Assembly: GCA_038870415.1 (NCBI GenBank)
Contig: JAWCPE010000002.1
Span: 1 to 38,155, forward strand
DNA length: 38,155 nt
Direction of reading: 5' to 3'
DNA from: Candidatus Bathyarchaeia archaeon
Lineage (GTDB): Archaea > Thermoproteota > CALKCG01 > B24 > JAWCPE01
In this document: positions 16,473-24,682 of the stretch, piece by piece
Layout of the letters: every line of letters starts with the position of its first letter
How positions within the stretch are numbered: the first letter of the stretch is position 1
Made by a program: the position numbers and the translations under genes
Notes under the pieces: generated by a model
Told to the model about the DNA's origin: nothing
Seen by the model: the letters and a program-made list of their open reading frames with translations, nothing else
Databases searched by the model: none

Positions 16473-17612
16473 TTGAACGTGTACGAGAAGCTCGGCGTTA
16501 GGCCCGTCATCAACGCGTGGGGGACGCTCACCTACCTAGGCGGCTCGATCATGCCTCCTGAGGTGGTCGAAGCGATGGATGAGGCGGCGAAGAGCTTCGT
16601 GAATATGCACGAGCTATTGGAGAGGACGGGCCGAGTTGTGGCGGAGGCAACCGGCGCCGAGGCAGGCCTCATCACGGCTGGGGCCTCCGCGGCCTTGGTC
16701 CTAGCGACGGCTGCCTGCATCACGGGGAGAGACCCGGAGAAGATCAAGGCTATGCCCTACGCTCTCAGCTTCCAGCCTGAGGTTGTAATCCCTGAGATGC
16801 ATGTTACCCCTTACGCGATGGCCTTCGAGATCGCGGGCGCGAGGCTTCTCCGTGTCGGCACAAAGCAGGGCTGGACCGTTCAAGAGATGGAGAACGCGGT
16901 AACATCGAAGACCGTCGCGTTGACCTTCACGCTCTTCACGGGGCTGAAGGGCTGCAGCCTAGAGGACATTCCACCCGTCGTGAGCCTGGCGAAGCGGAGA
17001 GGCATCCCGCTCATCGTCGATGCCGCCGCGGAGCTGCCGCCTGAGGAGAACCTCCGGGCAGTCGTAGCCACCGGCGCAGACCTAGTCGCGTTCAGCGGCG
17101 GGAAGGAGATCCGCGGGCCGAACGATACAGGTCTCCTCCTAGGCCGCTGCGACCTAGTGGAGGCGGCGAGGATGCATCAGTGCCCTAACTACGGGGTCGG
17201 CCGTCCCATGAAGGTAAGCAAAGAACAGGTCGTGGGGCTCGTCACGGCTCTCAGGCTGTTCGTCGAGAGGGACTTTAAGGCTCAACGCGACGCTTGGGAG
17301 TCCATTGTCAAATACTGGGTGGAACAGTTCTCCGGGTATGAGGGCTTGAAGGCGGAACGTGTGATGCCTGACCCCGCGAAGCACGAGTACTACGCGCAGG
17401 GATGGCCGAAGGCTCGACTTACACTCGACGAGAAGGCTTTAGGCATCGCCGCTACACGAGCGACGGAGCTGCTCAGGTCTGGGGAGCCACCCATCTATGC
17501 GGCAAGCCACGAGGACACCATCACGCTCAGCCCCCAATGCATACAGCCAGGCGAGGAGAGGATCGTAGCCCAAAGACTGAAGGATATCCTCCGCCTCGGC
17601 CCAAGAACGTAA
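16473..17612 (+). CDS. SelA-like (COG1921-type) PLP-dependent enzyme, paralog 2
   Basis: 379 aa. 59 of the first 91 residues are identical to paralog 1 by manual count. Same FSGGKEIRGPNDTGLL lysine motif. Confidence 0.7.
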   Translation: MNVYEKLGVRPVINAWGTLTYLGGSIMPPEVVEAMDEAAKSFVNMHELLERTGRVVAEATGAEAGLITAGASAALVLATAACITGRDPEKIKAMPYALSFQPEVVIPEMHVTPYAMAFEIAGARLLRVGTKQGWTVQEMENAVTSKTVALTFTLFTGLKGCSLEDIPPVVSLAKRRGIPLIVDAAAELPPEENLRAVVATGADLVAFSGGKEIRGPNDTGLLLGRCDLVEAARMHQCPNYGVGRPMKVSKEQVVGLVTALRLFVERDFKAQRDAWESIVKYWVEQFSGYEGLKAERVMPDPAKHEYYAQGWPKARLTLDEKALGIAATRATELLRSGEPPIYAASHEDTITLSPQCIQPGEERIVAQRLKDILRLGPRT

Positions 17613-17646
17613 CGTCTAGACCCGGCAGGCCTAAGCGTACGTTGTG

Positions 17647-18666
17647 TCAGTCCTTCGCTAGGGCCATGTAGTGTTCGCGGCTGCTGCCTAGGAGCAACCG
17701 CACGTACTCCTCGCCCCTCTTGGGAATAACCCTCTCGGCTTTGCCTTGAGCTACCACTGTTTCTCCCTCCCAGGCTTGCTCGCAGAACCGGCCACGGTAC
17801 GACGTTATCTCCGAGATGCTGAGGCTTGACGGCCCCTCCAAGACCTCGATGGTTGAGACCTTGTAGACGCAGGGCGTCAGGGTCGCCTCTGTAGCGTCGG
17901 CTACCCGGGCCTTTATCCTAGCTAGGCCTAGGGGCTGGAATATCATATCGCCGTAGGCTTCTCGGAGTTCACCCCAGTCTTTCACGAACCTGAGGAAGTA
18001 GTCTCGGCCTTGGAACTTCCCCTGCATCACCTTCCGGCGTTCTGTCCTGACGAAGTCCTCGAACGAGACGGCGGTGTCCTTCGAGCGGAACTCATAGAGC
18101 CTTCGCAGGTCATCCCTATCGTAGGGCTCAAGCTTCGCTCCTGGTTTGACCTGTTCCTTCAAGGCGTGGTATGCGGCCTCCGCCGCTCTTCCACCGTACA
18201 CCATGAGGTCGAGGTCTGAACTGGGCACGTGGAGGTCCACGAGGACCGAGCCTGAGATGCCCATGTTACGGTAGGAGAGCCCAGCCGCCTCCTTAAGGGT
18301 GGCCGCCAGTTCCAGCGAAGCCTTGTGCACCTCGTCGAAGGGCCCGGTCTTACGGAGGCCGCGAAGCTTCACCCTCGGGTCGTAATGTACCGCGACATCC
18401 CCGACGGGAGGCCCTTGAAGCTGCTCGTTGAAGACGAGATCGTAGAAGATATAGCCGGGATGATTCTCTGCAAGGTAGGATTCCCGGTTTGGCAGCGAGT
18501 AGAGCTTCCTATATCTCCTGCCGAGCCTCACCCGGTCACCGCTCACGTCGGGAATATACCTGACGTAGGCGACGAGGCGGCCGGGCGGATGGGTTAACCC
18601 CTTCACGTCAAATATAAGCCCATCCCTTGTCTCCACGAAGTCCCCCTCCCGATAACGTTCCGGCAA
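17647..18666 (-). CDS. Pol-beta-superfamily nucleotidyltransferase domain protein (archaeal COG1665-like)
   Basis: 339 aa. The NTase signature is GISGSVLVDLHVPSSDLDLMVYG (G-S..D.D). The C-terminal half looks OB-fold-like. Function unknown. Confidence 0.55.
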   Translation of the reverse strand: MPERYREGDFVETRDGLIFDVKGLTHPPGRLVAYVRYIPDVSGDRVRLGRRYRKLYSLPNRESYLAENHPGYIFYDLVFNEQLQGPPVGDVAVHYDPRVKLRGLRKTGPFDEVHKASLELAATLKEAAGLSYRNMGISGSVLVDLHVPSSDLDLMVYGGRAAEAAYHALKEQVKPGAKLEPYDRDDLRRLYEFRSKDTAVSFEDFVRTERRKVMQGKFQGRDYFLRFVKDWGELREAYGDMIFQPLGLARIKARVADATEATLTPCVYKVSTIEVLEGPSSLSISEITSYRGRFCEQAWEGETVVAQGKAERVIPKRGEEYVRLLLGSSREHYMALAKD

Positions 18667-18958
18667 GAAGGCTCCCCTCCGGGAGGCTCTAGGCCCACCT
18701 GCTACTTGAAAAGATCACGGAAAGAGCGGATAAGCTTCTAGTTAGGGTAGTCACGGCGCCTTGACGCAAACCCTGAGGCTGCGCTCTACCATGTGCTCAC
18801 CACGCCCTTCTCAATGCTCTACCGTGGGTTTATCCGCCTCAAAGGAGCATGCGGCGAGCCCCGATTCAACCGGAACAGGTCGCGGAAGAGCCCTTCTCGA
18901 GAGCCTCTCTTTCCCAGCCTGGCCTGGCATAGGCGAGGGCTCAGAGCCGTAGTCTAGG

Positions 18959-20221
18959 CTAGGATGCTTCTACGGCTGCTGAGGCGTTGATGATGCCCCA
19001 TCCGTAGGCTATATCCGGCTTCGAGCAGCCGGGGGGCACCCATGAGGTCTGGGTTAGAGCCTGCTCCACGTACCATGTGGTGTACGGGCCGTAGTAGCCG
19101 GGCTTCTTCTTCACGATGAGGGATGGGCTCTGTTTCAGCATCAGCGCCACGGTGCCTGTAACGTGCGGAGCGGCCATCGAGGTGCCGCTGAGCTCCGCGT
19201 AGTTCCTTGAGTACCCGTAGGTGGTGGTGAGGGTGACATCGTAGGTCGGCATCGTGGAGTTGACCATGTAGCCCGGCGCGACAACTGTGACGTAGGGCCG
19301 GTCGGTAGTGTACCATTCTCTGGCGCTCCAAGAGGCGACGCTGTCGTTCTGGCAGATCGCACCTACGGAGAGGACCATATGTTCCTTCGAGAACTTCGCA
19401 GGGTAGAGGACGGCCCCGCCCGTGTTGCCCGCCGCCGCTACGAGGACGATCCCTGCCTGGTATGCTTTGAGGCATACGTCGTACATCGCTTGGCTCCGGT
19501 CTGGGCCCCCGAAGCTCATCGAGCCTACGTGCATCTTGTTCCTGATGGCCCACTCGATTCCGGCGATGATGTCGCTGTAGTAGCCCTGCCCCTGAGCGTT
19601 CAAGACCTTAACCGCGTAGAGGTAGACCCTCGGCGCGACACCTACCACGCCGATCGTATTATCGACGGCCGCGATCGTCCCTGCGACGTGGGTGCCGTGA
19701 CCGTTATCATCCTTATAGCTGCCGTACGCGACGCCCCAGCCGAGCGTGTACCGGACCCCTCCCTTGACGTTCGCCGCTAAGTCCGGATGGGTCGTATCGA
19801 TCCCTGTGTCGAGCACCGCCACCTTGATGCCGGCGCCTGTATCCCCATACGTTGACCAAACCTCGGGGGCCTCTATCTTCGATATCCCCCACGGGACAGT
19901 CTCAGAGTCCTGGGCCGAGGAGCCCCCTAGGCTGGGCTTCTCCACGATGTATGCGACGGCATCCTTCTCCACGTAGCTGACGCGTGGATGAGCGCGGAGC
20001 CGCTCCAAGGCAGGCTCAGGAAGCAGGGCGGCGACCGCGTCTATCTCCGTGTAGACGTACCGGACTTCGCCGCCGAGCCTCCTGACGGCGAGTTCATCAG
20101 GCCTACCGTGGAACCCGATGATGACCCTCACCTTCTGGGGCTGGCTCGACACAGAGACGGCTGAGAACACCGATAACATGATGAGCAAGGCTGAAAGCAC
20201 GAGTAGACCTAGGGCTCTCAA
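18959..20221 (-). CDS. secreted subtilisin-like serine protease (S8 family) with propeptide
   Basis: 420 aa with signal peptide MRALGLLVLSALLIMLSVFSAVS. The catalytic triad sits in VAVLDTGID, HGTHVAGTIAA and SGTSMAAPHVTG. Confidence 0.9.
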   Translation of the reverse strand: MRALGLLVLSALLIMLSVFSAVSVSSQPQKVRVIIGFHGRPDELAVRRLGGEVRYVYTEIDAVAALLPEPALERLRAHPRVSYVEKDAVAYIVEKPSLGGSSAQDSETVPWGISKIEAPEVWSTYGDTGAGIKVAVLDTGIDTTHPDLAANVKGGVRYTLGWGVAYGSYKDDNGHGTHVAGTIAAVDNTIGVVGVAPRVYLYAVKVLNAQGQGYYSDIIAGIEWAIRNKMHVGSMSFGGPDRSQAMYDVCLKAYQAGIVLVAAAGNTGGAVLYPAKFSKEHMVLSVGAICQNDSVASWSAREWYTTDRPYVTVVAPGYMVNSTMPTYDVTLTTTYGYSRNYAELSGTSMAAPHVTGTVALMLKQSPSLIVKKKPGYYGPYTTWYVEQALTQTSWVPPGCSKPDIAYGWGIINASAAVEAS

Positions 20222-20307
20222 GGCAAAGATGGGCCTCCTGAGAAACTGAGTTAGGCCAAACCAACATAGCTCTCATTCCTATTTCAGTTTTTTCCACCCG
20301 CTGGCGG

Positions 20308-21029
20308 TGCTGTAACCTTAGGCTTTTCGCTTCACATCCTTGACGAGGCTTAGCATGGTATCCGGCTCGGGGCCTAGGCCTCCGCACGGTGCCCTCCCTA
20401 GGCTCATGTGTGGTCTGGCATGGTTGTAGTAGGTCTTCCAAGGCTTCGAGCCACGTGGAGGCATGGTTGAGTGGCCTAGTGCGGCGGGAGGGGAAGTAAA
20501 GGAGGCACCTCAGCCGGCGCTTCACCTCTCCACTCGGCCTCTCCATGAGGTTGCCTACGTGAGGGTCTACCAGATGCCTCAAGCCCAGCATCTATCCGTG
20601 ATGATGACCCTGACGCCACGCCTCTCCCTGAGGCTTCTGAGGAAGCTGTAGGCTGCGGGGCTGCTCCTCGTCCAGCCCACCTTAAGGGCTAGGAGCCTCC
20701 CTGGAGCCCGGGTCTAGGGCCGTCCAGAGCTAGGCCTCTAAGCCCTTCACGTTCAGGAGACGCTCATCCACAACAGCCGTCCTGGCCAAGCCTGGGCTGA
20801 AGGCCTCCCCTAGGCCTCTGAAGCGGTGGAGCCGACGCCATATCGACTCTGGCTCCTAGCCGGGGAGAAGCCTACCGCCCTCGCATCCCTCCCTGAAGCT
20901 CAGCCCGGACAGGTATAAGCATAGGGCGTAGCCCACAACCCAGAGGGGAGCCCTGCCTCTCTCGAAGAGCTCGCCGCTCATAAGCCATCGAGGGAGATAG
21001 GGCTCCCACTAAACCTTAACGTTACAGCA
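20308..21029 (-). mobile_element. decayed small IS-like element (IS6-like size) with imperfect terminal inverted repeats
   Basis: Left end TGCTGTAACCTTAGG (20308-22). The reverse complement of the right end is TGCTGTAACGTTAAGG (21014-29). The ends enclose a 664-nt broken transposase reading frame. Confidence 0.5.
20318..20981 (-). pseudogene. DDE transposase pseudogene (multiple frameshifts and stops)
   Basis: Minus-strand pieces lie in three frames. They are MSGELFERGRAPLWVVGYALCLYLSGLSFREG (HTH), AVVDERLLNVKGLEA*LWTALDPGSRE (DDE D-region), ITDRC.., GNLMERPSGEVKRRLR (N..ER..KRR), and WKTYYNHARPHMSLG at the C-terminus. Confidence 0.6.
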
Positions 21030-21035
21030 GGGCCT

Positions 21036-21530
21036 GTGAGCGACGTAAACTTTATCATGGAGCTGAGGGCCAGAAGCCCGGCTGGAGGGTTCCTAGTGTC
21101 AACCTCATTGTATAAGGAGCTTGCGAAGGCTTGGCAGGACCCTGCCGAGTCGTACGTAGAGGGCTTAATGCGAGAGAGAGTCATCGCGTGGAGAAGGGGG
21201 CCCTCCGTGGTGCGTGTGGAGAAGCCGACGAAGCTGCATACGGCTCGGAGGCTCGGGTACAAGGCGAAGAAGGGCCTCATCATCGTCAGGGTGCGGGTGA
21301 GGCGCGGCTCCCTTGGGAGGCCCCGCCCTAGGGCAGGGAGGAGACCTAAGGCTATGGGCGCCAAGAGGATCAGGAGAGCTAAGAGCAAACGGTTGATCGC
21401 CTTGGAGCGAGCTGCACAGAAGTACCCGAACCTGAAGGCTGTGAACAGCTACGCAGTCTGGAGAGACGGTGTCCACGAATGGTTCGAGGTCATAATGGCT
21501 GACCCAACCATCGTGAAGGCCGCCGAGTGA
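21036..21530 (+). CDS. rpl15e: 50S ribosomal protein L15e
   Basis: SLYKELAKAWQDP...RVIAWRRGPSVVRVEKPTKLHTARRLGYKAKKGLIIVRVRVRRG is canonical L15e. Homologs usually start just before SLYKE, so GTG 21096 or ATG 21057 may be the true start. Confidence 0.9.
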   Translation: MSDVNFIMELRARSPAGGFLVSTSLYKELAKAWQDPAESYVEGLMRERVIAWRRGPSVVRVEKPTKLHTARRLGYKAKKGLIIVRVRVRRGSLGRPRPRAGRRPKAMGAKRIRRAKSKRLIALERAAQKYPNLKAVNSYAVWRDGVHEWFEVIMADPTIVKAAE

Positions 21531-21604
21531 ATCTACTAGACCCGAGCAGAGTAATGGCCTCATACGCTTCGCCTCTGAGCGCGCTGCCTCCGCGGCATCA
21601 GCAT

Positions 21605-21612
21605 CTTTAAGA
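21605..21612 (+). promoter_or_regulatory. candidate TATA box (CTTTAAGA) for the C/D-box sRNA candidate
   Basis: Centred about 27 nt upstream of the first base of the terminal stem at 21636. Confidence 0.35.
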
Positions 21613-21635
21613 GCCCTTACTGCACGAGTACAAGC

Positions 21636-21698
21636 GACAACTATGATGTGTCAAGAGTTACGGAGAGCGATGATCGGAAGGCATTATGCTGAGTTGTC
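21636..21698 (+). ncRNA. candidate C/D-box sRNA (63 nt)
   Basis: GACAAC-t-ATGATGT(C)-11 nt-CGGA(D')-ga-GCGATGA(C')-15 nt-CTGA(D)-GTTGTC. There is a perfect 6-bp terminal stem. The C/D pairing geometry is satisfied: GA/GA, U.U, G-C. It lies in the intergenic region downstream of rpl15e. Confidence 0.5.
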
Positions 21699-21756
21699 AT
21701 CCGAATCGAAAGACAATCTGTAAGAGCTCCCGCCCTAGGTAGGGAGCGGGACTCCT

Positions 21757-22226
21757 ATGGCACTGACGAGGAGCAGTTGCGGTTACTTCCCCAGGGGCGA
21801 GCCTTTCTACGTTCAGGTTCTCGGGCTGAACCCTGAGGGGACGAGCCGTTACAGGTCGGTTCAGAACTTGCTGAACAAGCTTAGGAGGCGGGGTTCACGG
21901 TCTTCAACACGCGCCTCCCTCTCTGCCTTACGCAGACTCGTGAAGGAGACGGGTCTTGACCCCGATGCTCTCGTGGCTTCGAGCCCTGAGGAGGCCGCTC
22001 GCCGAGTCCAGGGCTTCTGCGACGGCTTCAACGCCACGGGGAGATGTCGCTCCGGCGGGTGAAGGGCTCCAACGCCTGGGAGGCAGCCCTCAGGCTCAGC
22101 TCCCTCGAAGACCAGATAAACCCCGTAGAGGAGAGCCGGCAGCGGAGTCCTCCCCCTGACGAAGATAGGCTATCGCCTCTAAACACGCCGGGGAGAGGCC
22201 TCCCCTTTAAAGTAACAGAGAAGTAG
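21757..22226 (+). pseudogene. possible tyrosine-recombinase (integrase) N-terminal remnant, frameshifted and truncated
   Basis: Frame 1 gives STRASLSALRRLVKETGLDPDALVASSPEEAARRVQGFCDGFNATGR. The next frame gives SLRRVKGSNAWEAALRLSSLEDQINP. Together they resemble the SAM-like N-terminal domain of archaeal integrases. No catalytic domain follows. Weak call. Confidence 0.3.
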
Positions 22227-22332
22227 TTTTCCGCCAAGGGATTCATGGCGCGCCTGAGGTCAAAGCATGGGCTTATATCCAGACCCACCTACTCACCCCA
22301 TCTACGAGATAAGCTAAAGACGGGACCCTAAC

Positions 22333-22428
22333 GTAACAGTATCCTCTCCGAGGCTCTAGTGCGCACTACAACGCTTACAGGCCAGCGAACATCGCGTGAA
22401 GGGTTTCTACTGGGCCGGATACTGTTAC
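22333..22428. repeat. 12-bp perfect inverted repeat (GTAACAGTATCC / GGATACTGTTAC) spaced 72 nt, enclosing the palindrome TAGTGCGCACTA
   Basis: Arms at 22333-22344 and 22417-22428, with the 12-nt perfect palindrome at 22357-22368. It sits just upstream of a TTTAAAT box. Confidence 0.85.
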
Positions 22429-22438
22429 TGTCTCTAGG

Positions 22439-22445
22439 TTTAAAT
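22439..22445 (+). promoter_or_regulatory. candidate TATA box (TTTAAAT) for the VIT/DUF211 operon
   Basis: A consensus-like archaeal TATA element 155 nt upstream of the VIT start and about 48 nt upstream of a 37-codon upstream ORF. Confidence 0.35.
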
Positions 22446-22599
22446 GCAAAGCTGCGCCTCTTTAGGCTGCTCTACCCTCGCGGCGCCATATGGCTGGCCA
22501 AGTCTATCCAGCCGTTGGGGTCTCCCTGAGAGCAGCGAGTTGGCATGAAGGCTGGGCTCTGAGGACTCCGTTAGAGGGGTTTGGTCTGTCAGACGTTGG

Positions 22600-23175
22600 T
22601 TGAAGACGCTTCGCTACTACATTGAGTTAGCCGAAGCAGATGAGCTTGCCCGGCGGTACTTCGTTATGAACGCGTTCGACGGAGCCCTCACAGTTCTAGG
22701 CGTCATAATGGGAGCCTTCGTCAGCGGCGCCGCTGAGCCTAAGGTGATAATCACCGCCGGGGTAGGTGCAAGCTTCGCGATGGGGCTCTCAGGAGCCATA
22801 GGCGCCTATGAAGCCGAGCGGGCAGAGAGAATCCGAGTCCTGAAGGAGTTGGAGAGCCACATGTTCAGAAGCCTGCAGGACACGCTGATCGCAAGAGCCT
22901 CTCGGGCCGCCGCCTACTGGGTCGCGCTCGTCGATGGGATGTCTCCCGCCGTCGCGGCGTTGATCCCTCTCTTTCCACTCATTCTAGCCCAGCTTAACTT
23001 CGTCCCAACTGACTTGGCGTTTCCAGCTTCCATTCTTCTCAACCTTGCCACCCTCTTTGCCCTAGGCATCTTCCTAGGTAGGATTGCGAAGGAGAACGTC
23101 TGGATTCATGGTCTACTGACTCTCGGCGCTGGGGCTTTGACGGCCATCCTGCTGTTCCTCTTCTTTAAAGCTTAG
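22600..23175 (+). CDS. VIT1/CCC1-related membrane protein (TIGR00267-like)
   Basis: 191 aa with TTG start: NAFDGALTVLGVIMGAF, then further TM segments and a central amphipathic helix. The arrangement is typical of archaeal VIT-like proteins. Confidence 0.7.
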   Translation: MKTLRYYIELAEADELARRYFVMNAFDGALTVLGVIMGAFVSGAAEPKVIITAGVGASFAMGLSGAIGAYEAERAERIRVLKELESHMFRSLQDTLIARASRAAAYWVALVDGMSPAVAALIPLFPLILAQLNFVPTDLAFPASILLNLATLFALGIFLGRIAKENVWIHGLLTLGAGALTAILLFLFFKA

Positions 23176-23261
23176 CTCAGCATCCTACAAGGCCGCGTGC
23201 AAGAGCAGTCTACACCTTAAGGCTTATGAGGGCGCGCCCAGTTGTTTCTGCCGTGGATGCC

Positions 23262-23552
23262 ATGAGTTCAGTTTACATCAAGCGTTTGCTTATAGACGCC
23301 CTGAAGCCGCGCGAGACCCCCATCATAGACCTCTCGCAGACTATCTGCTCCGTTGAAGGCATAGAGGAATGCGACGTGACGGTGACGGAGGTAGACGCCA
23401 GGACGGAGACGGTGAAGCTCACAATCCGAGGGCCGAACATCGATTTCGACCGTGTCACGAAGGTCCTAGAAGAGAACGGCATGGCCATCCGCGGCGTAGA
23501 CGAGGTCAGCGTGGCAAGGACCAAGATTCCGCCAAAGCCCGTAGCGAAGTGA
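23262..23552 (+). CDS. DUF211 domain protein
   Basis: IKRLLIDALKPRETPIIDLSQTICSVEGIEECDVTVTEVDARTETVKLTIRGPNIDFDRVTKVLEENGMAIRGVDEV matches the DUF211 pattern. The family is commonly adjacent to VIT-like genes. The track starts at 23226; ATG 23262 gives the usual ~96-aa length. Confidence 0.7.
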   Translation: MSSVYIKRLLIDALKPRETPIIDLSQTICSVEGIEECDVTVTEVDARTETVKLTIRGPNIDFDRVTKVLEENGMAIRGVDEVSVARTKIPPKPVAK

Positions 23553-23659
23553 AGCCTGCCTCTTACCCCGCATGATGCCCTGGGTGGAACGGGACTCGAC
23601 TCGAAGAAACCGTTTTATGAGGGCTTCGGCTTGCGCAGTCGCTCTGGGGCAACGCTTGG

Positions 23660-24634
23660 TTGAGGCTTCGCAGCTGGCTTCTCTTCCTGACGATGGTCTT
23701 GCTTTGGGCCTTCAACTGGTCCGTCATGAAGCGTGGCTTAGCCCTCGCGCCGCCCTTCACCTTCGTCTTCCACAGGTTCCTGCTCTCGCGTGCCACACTC
23801 CTTGTCGTGCTTCTCATCCTCAGGCCTCCAACGATTAGGGGTCGAGCTACGCTTGGGAAGGTTGTCGTGGCCAGTTTGCTCAACGTGGCCAGCTTCGTCG
23901 CGACGAACATAGGGCTTTCCTCTCAAAGCTCCGGCGTAGGTGCGGTCCTGACTTATACGCAGCCGCTCATGGTCTTCGGCCTCGCAGCGGCCTTCCTGAA
24001 AGAGGAGGCCTCAAAGCTCCGTCTTGCAGGTACGGTCCTCGGCTTCGCAGGCGTCTCAGTTCTCTTCCTCGAGACGGGCTCCTCCTGGACGCTTTCCCTC
24101 CCCGTTCTGAGCCTCGTCCTGGGAGCGTTCTTCTGGGCCGCCAGCACCATCTACTACAAGCGGTTCCTCAATCACGCTAACCCCGTCTTCCTGAACGTGC
24201 TCGCGATGGCGATCGGGCTCCCGGTCCTCGGAGGCTTCAGCCTCGCCCTTGAGAACGCTACGGTCCCTCTCACGGCTACCTACGTGGCGATAATCCTGTA
24301 CGCAGGCATCGGCGCATCCACGATCGGCACAACTCTCTGGCTGGCCCTTCTCAAGGATGAGGATGCGACGACGCTGGCAAGCTCTACATTCATCGTGCCC
24401 ATAATGGCTCTCGGCTTCGGCTGGTGGCTTCTAGGCGAAAGTCTCGACGTAAGAACCCTCATCGGCGCCGCACTAATCCTCGTCGGAATCTACCTCGTCA
24501 ATCAGAGAACGAAACGTACGCCTTCTGAAGAGAACGAGAGAACTCGAACAGTCCGTCAACCCCAGCTTAACCTAGAACGTTTGAGCAGGGAACGCGGGCA
24601 GGGCAGCCGCGTCGGGTCGGTCTTCACGTCCTAA
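23660..24634 (+). CDS. EamA/DMT-superfamily transporter
   Basis: 324 aa with about 10 hydrophobic segments in two EamA-like halves (LLWAFNWSVMKRGL..; ..FWAASTIYYKRF..). Confidence 0.8.
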   Translation: MRLRSWLLFLTMVLLWAFNWSVMKRGLALAPPFTFVFHRFLLSRATLLVVLLILRPPTIRGRATLGKVVVASLLNVASFVATNIGLSSQSSGVGAVLTYTQPLMVFGLAAAFLKEEASKLRLAGTVLGFAGVSVLFLETGSSWTLSLPVLSLVLGAFFWAASTIYYKRFLNHANPVFLNVLAMAIGLPVLGGFSLALENATVPLTATYVAIILYAGIGASTIGTTLWLALLKDEDATTLASSTFIVPIMALGFGWWLLGESLDVRTLIGAALILVGIYLVNQRTKRTPSEENERTRTVRQPQLNLERLSRERGQGSRVGSVFTS

Positions 24635-24682
24635 AGGCTAGGGTTAAATCCTCTTCATGTTTGTTAAGGCGCGGGTGGTGCG

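Noticed and set aside
18954-19553. 199-aa minus-strand ORF in an alternative frame of the protease gene
   Set aside because: It overlaps the S8 protease frame, which carries the full D/H/S triad. The alternative frame is Arg/His/Pro-rich nonsense.
20103-20591. 162-aa minus-strand ORF
   Set aside because: It is a chimeric reading that runs from one frame of the decayed transposase into the 5' end of the protease gene. It is explained by the IS relic rather than by a real gene.
21378-21389. GCTAAGAGCAAA inside rpl15e, identical to part of block B
   Set aside because: It lies in a conserved coding segment (R-A-K-S-K) with no flanking similarity. I treat it as coincidence.
22230-22600. Mn/metal riboswitch (yybP-ykoY-like) ahead of the VIT gene
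   Set aside because: I could not find the conserved GGGGAGUAG-type and partner motifs. Riboswitches of this class are not established in archaea.
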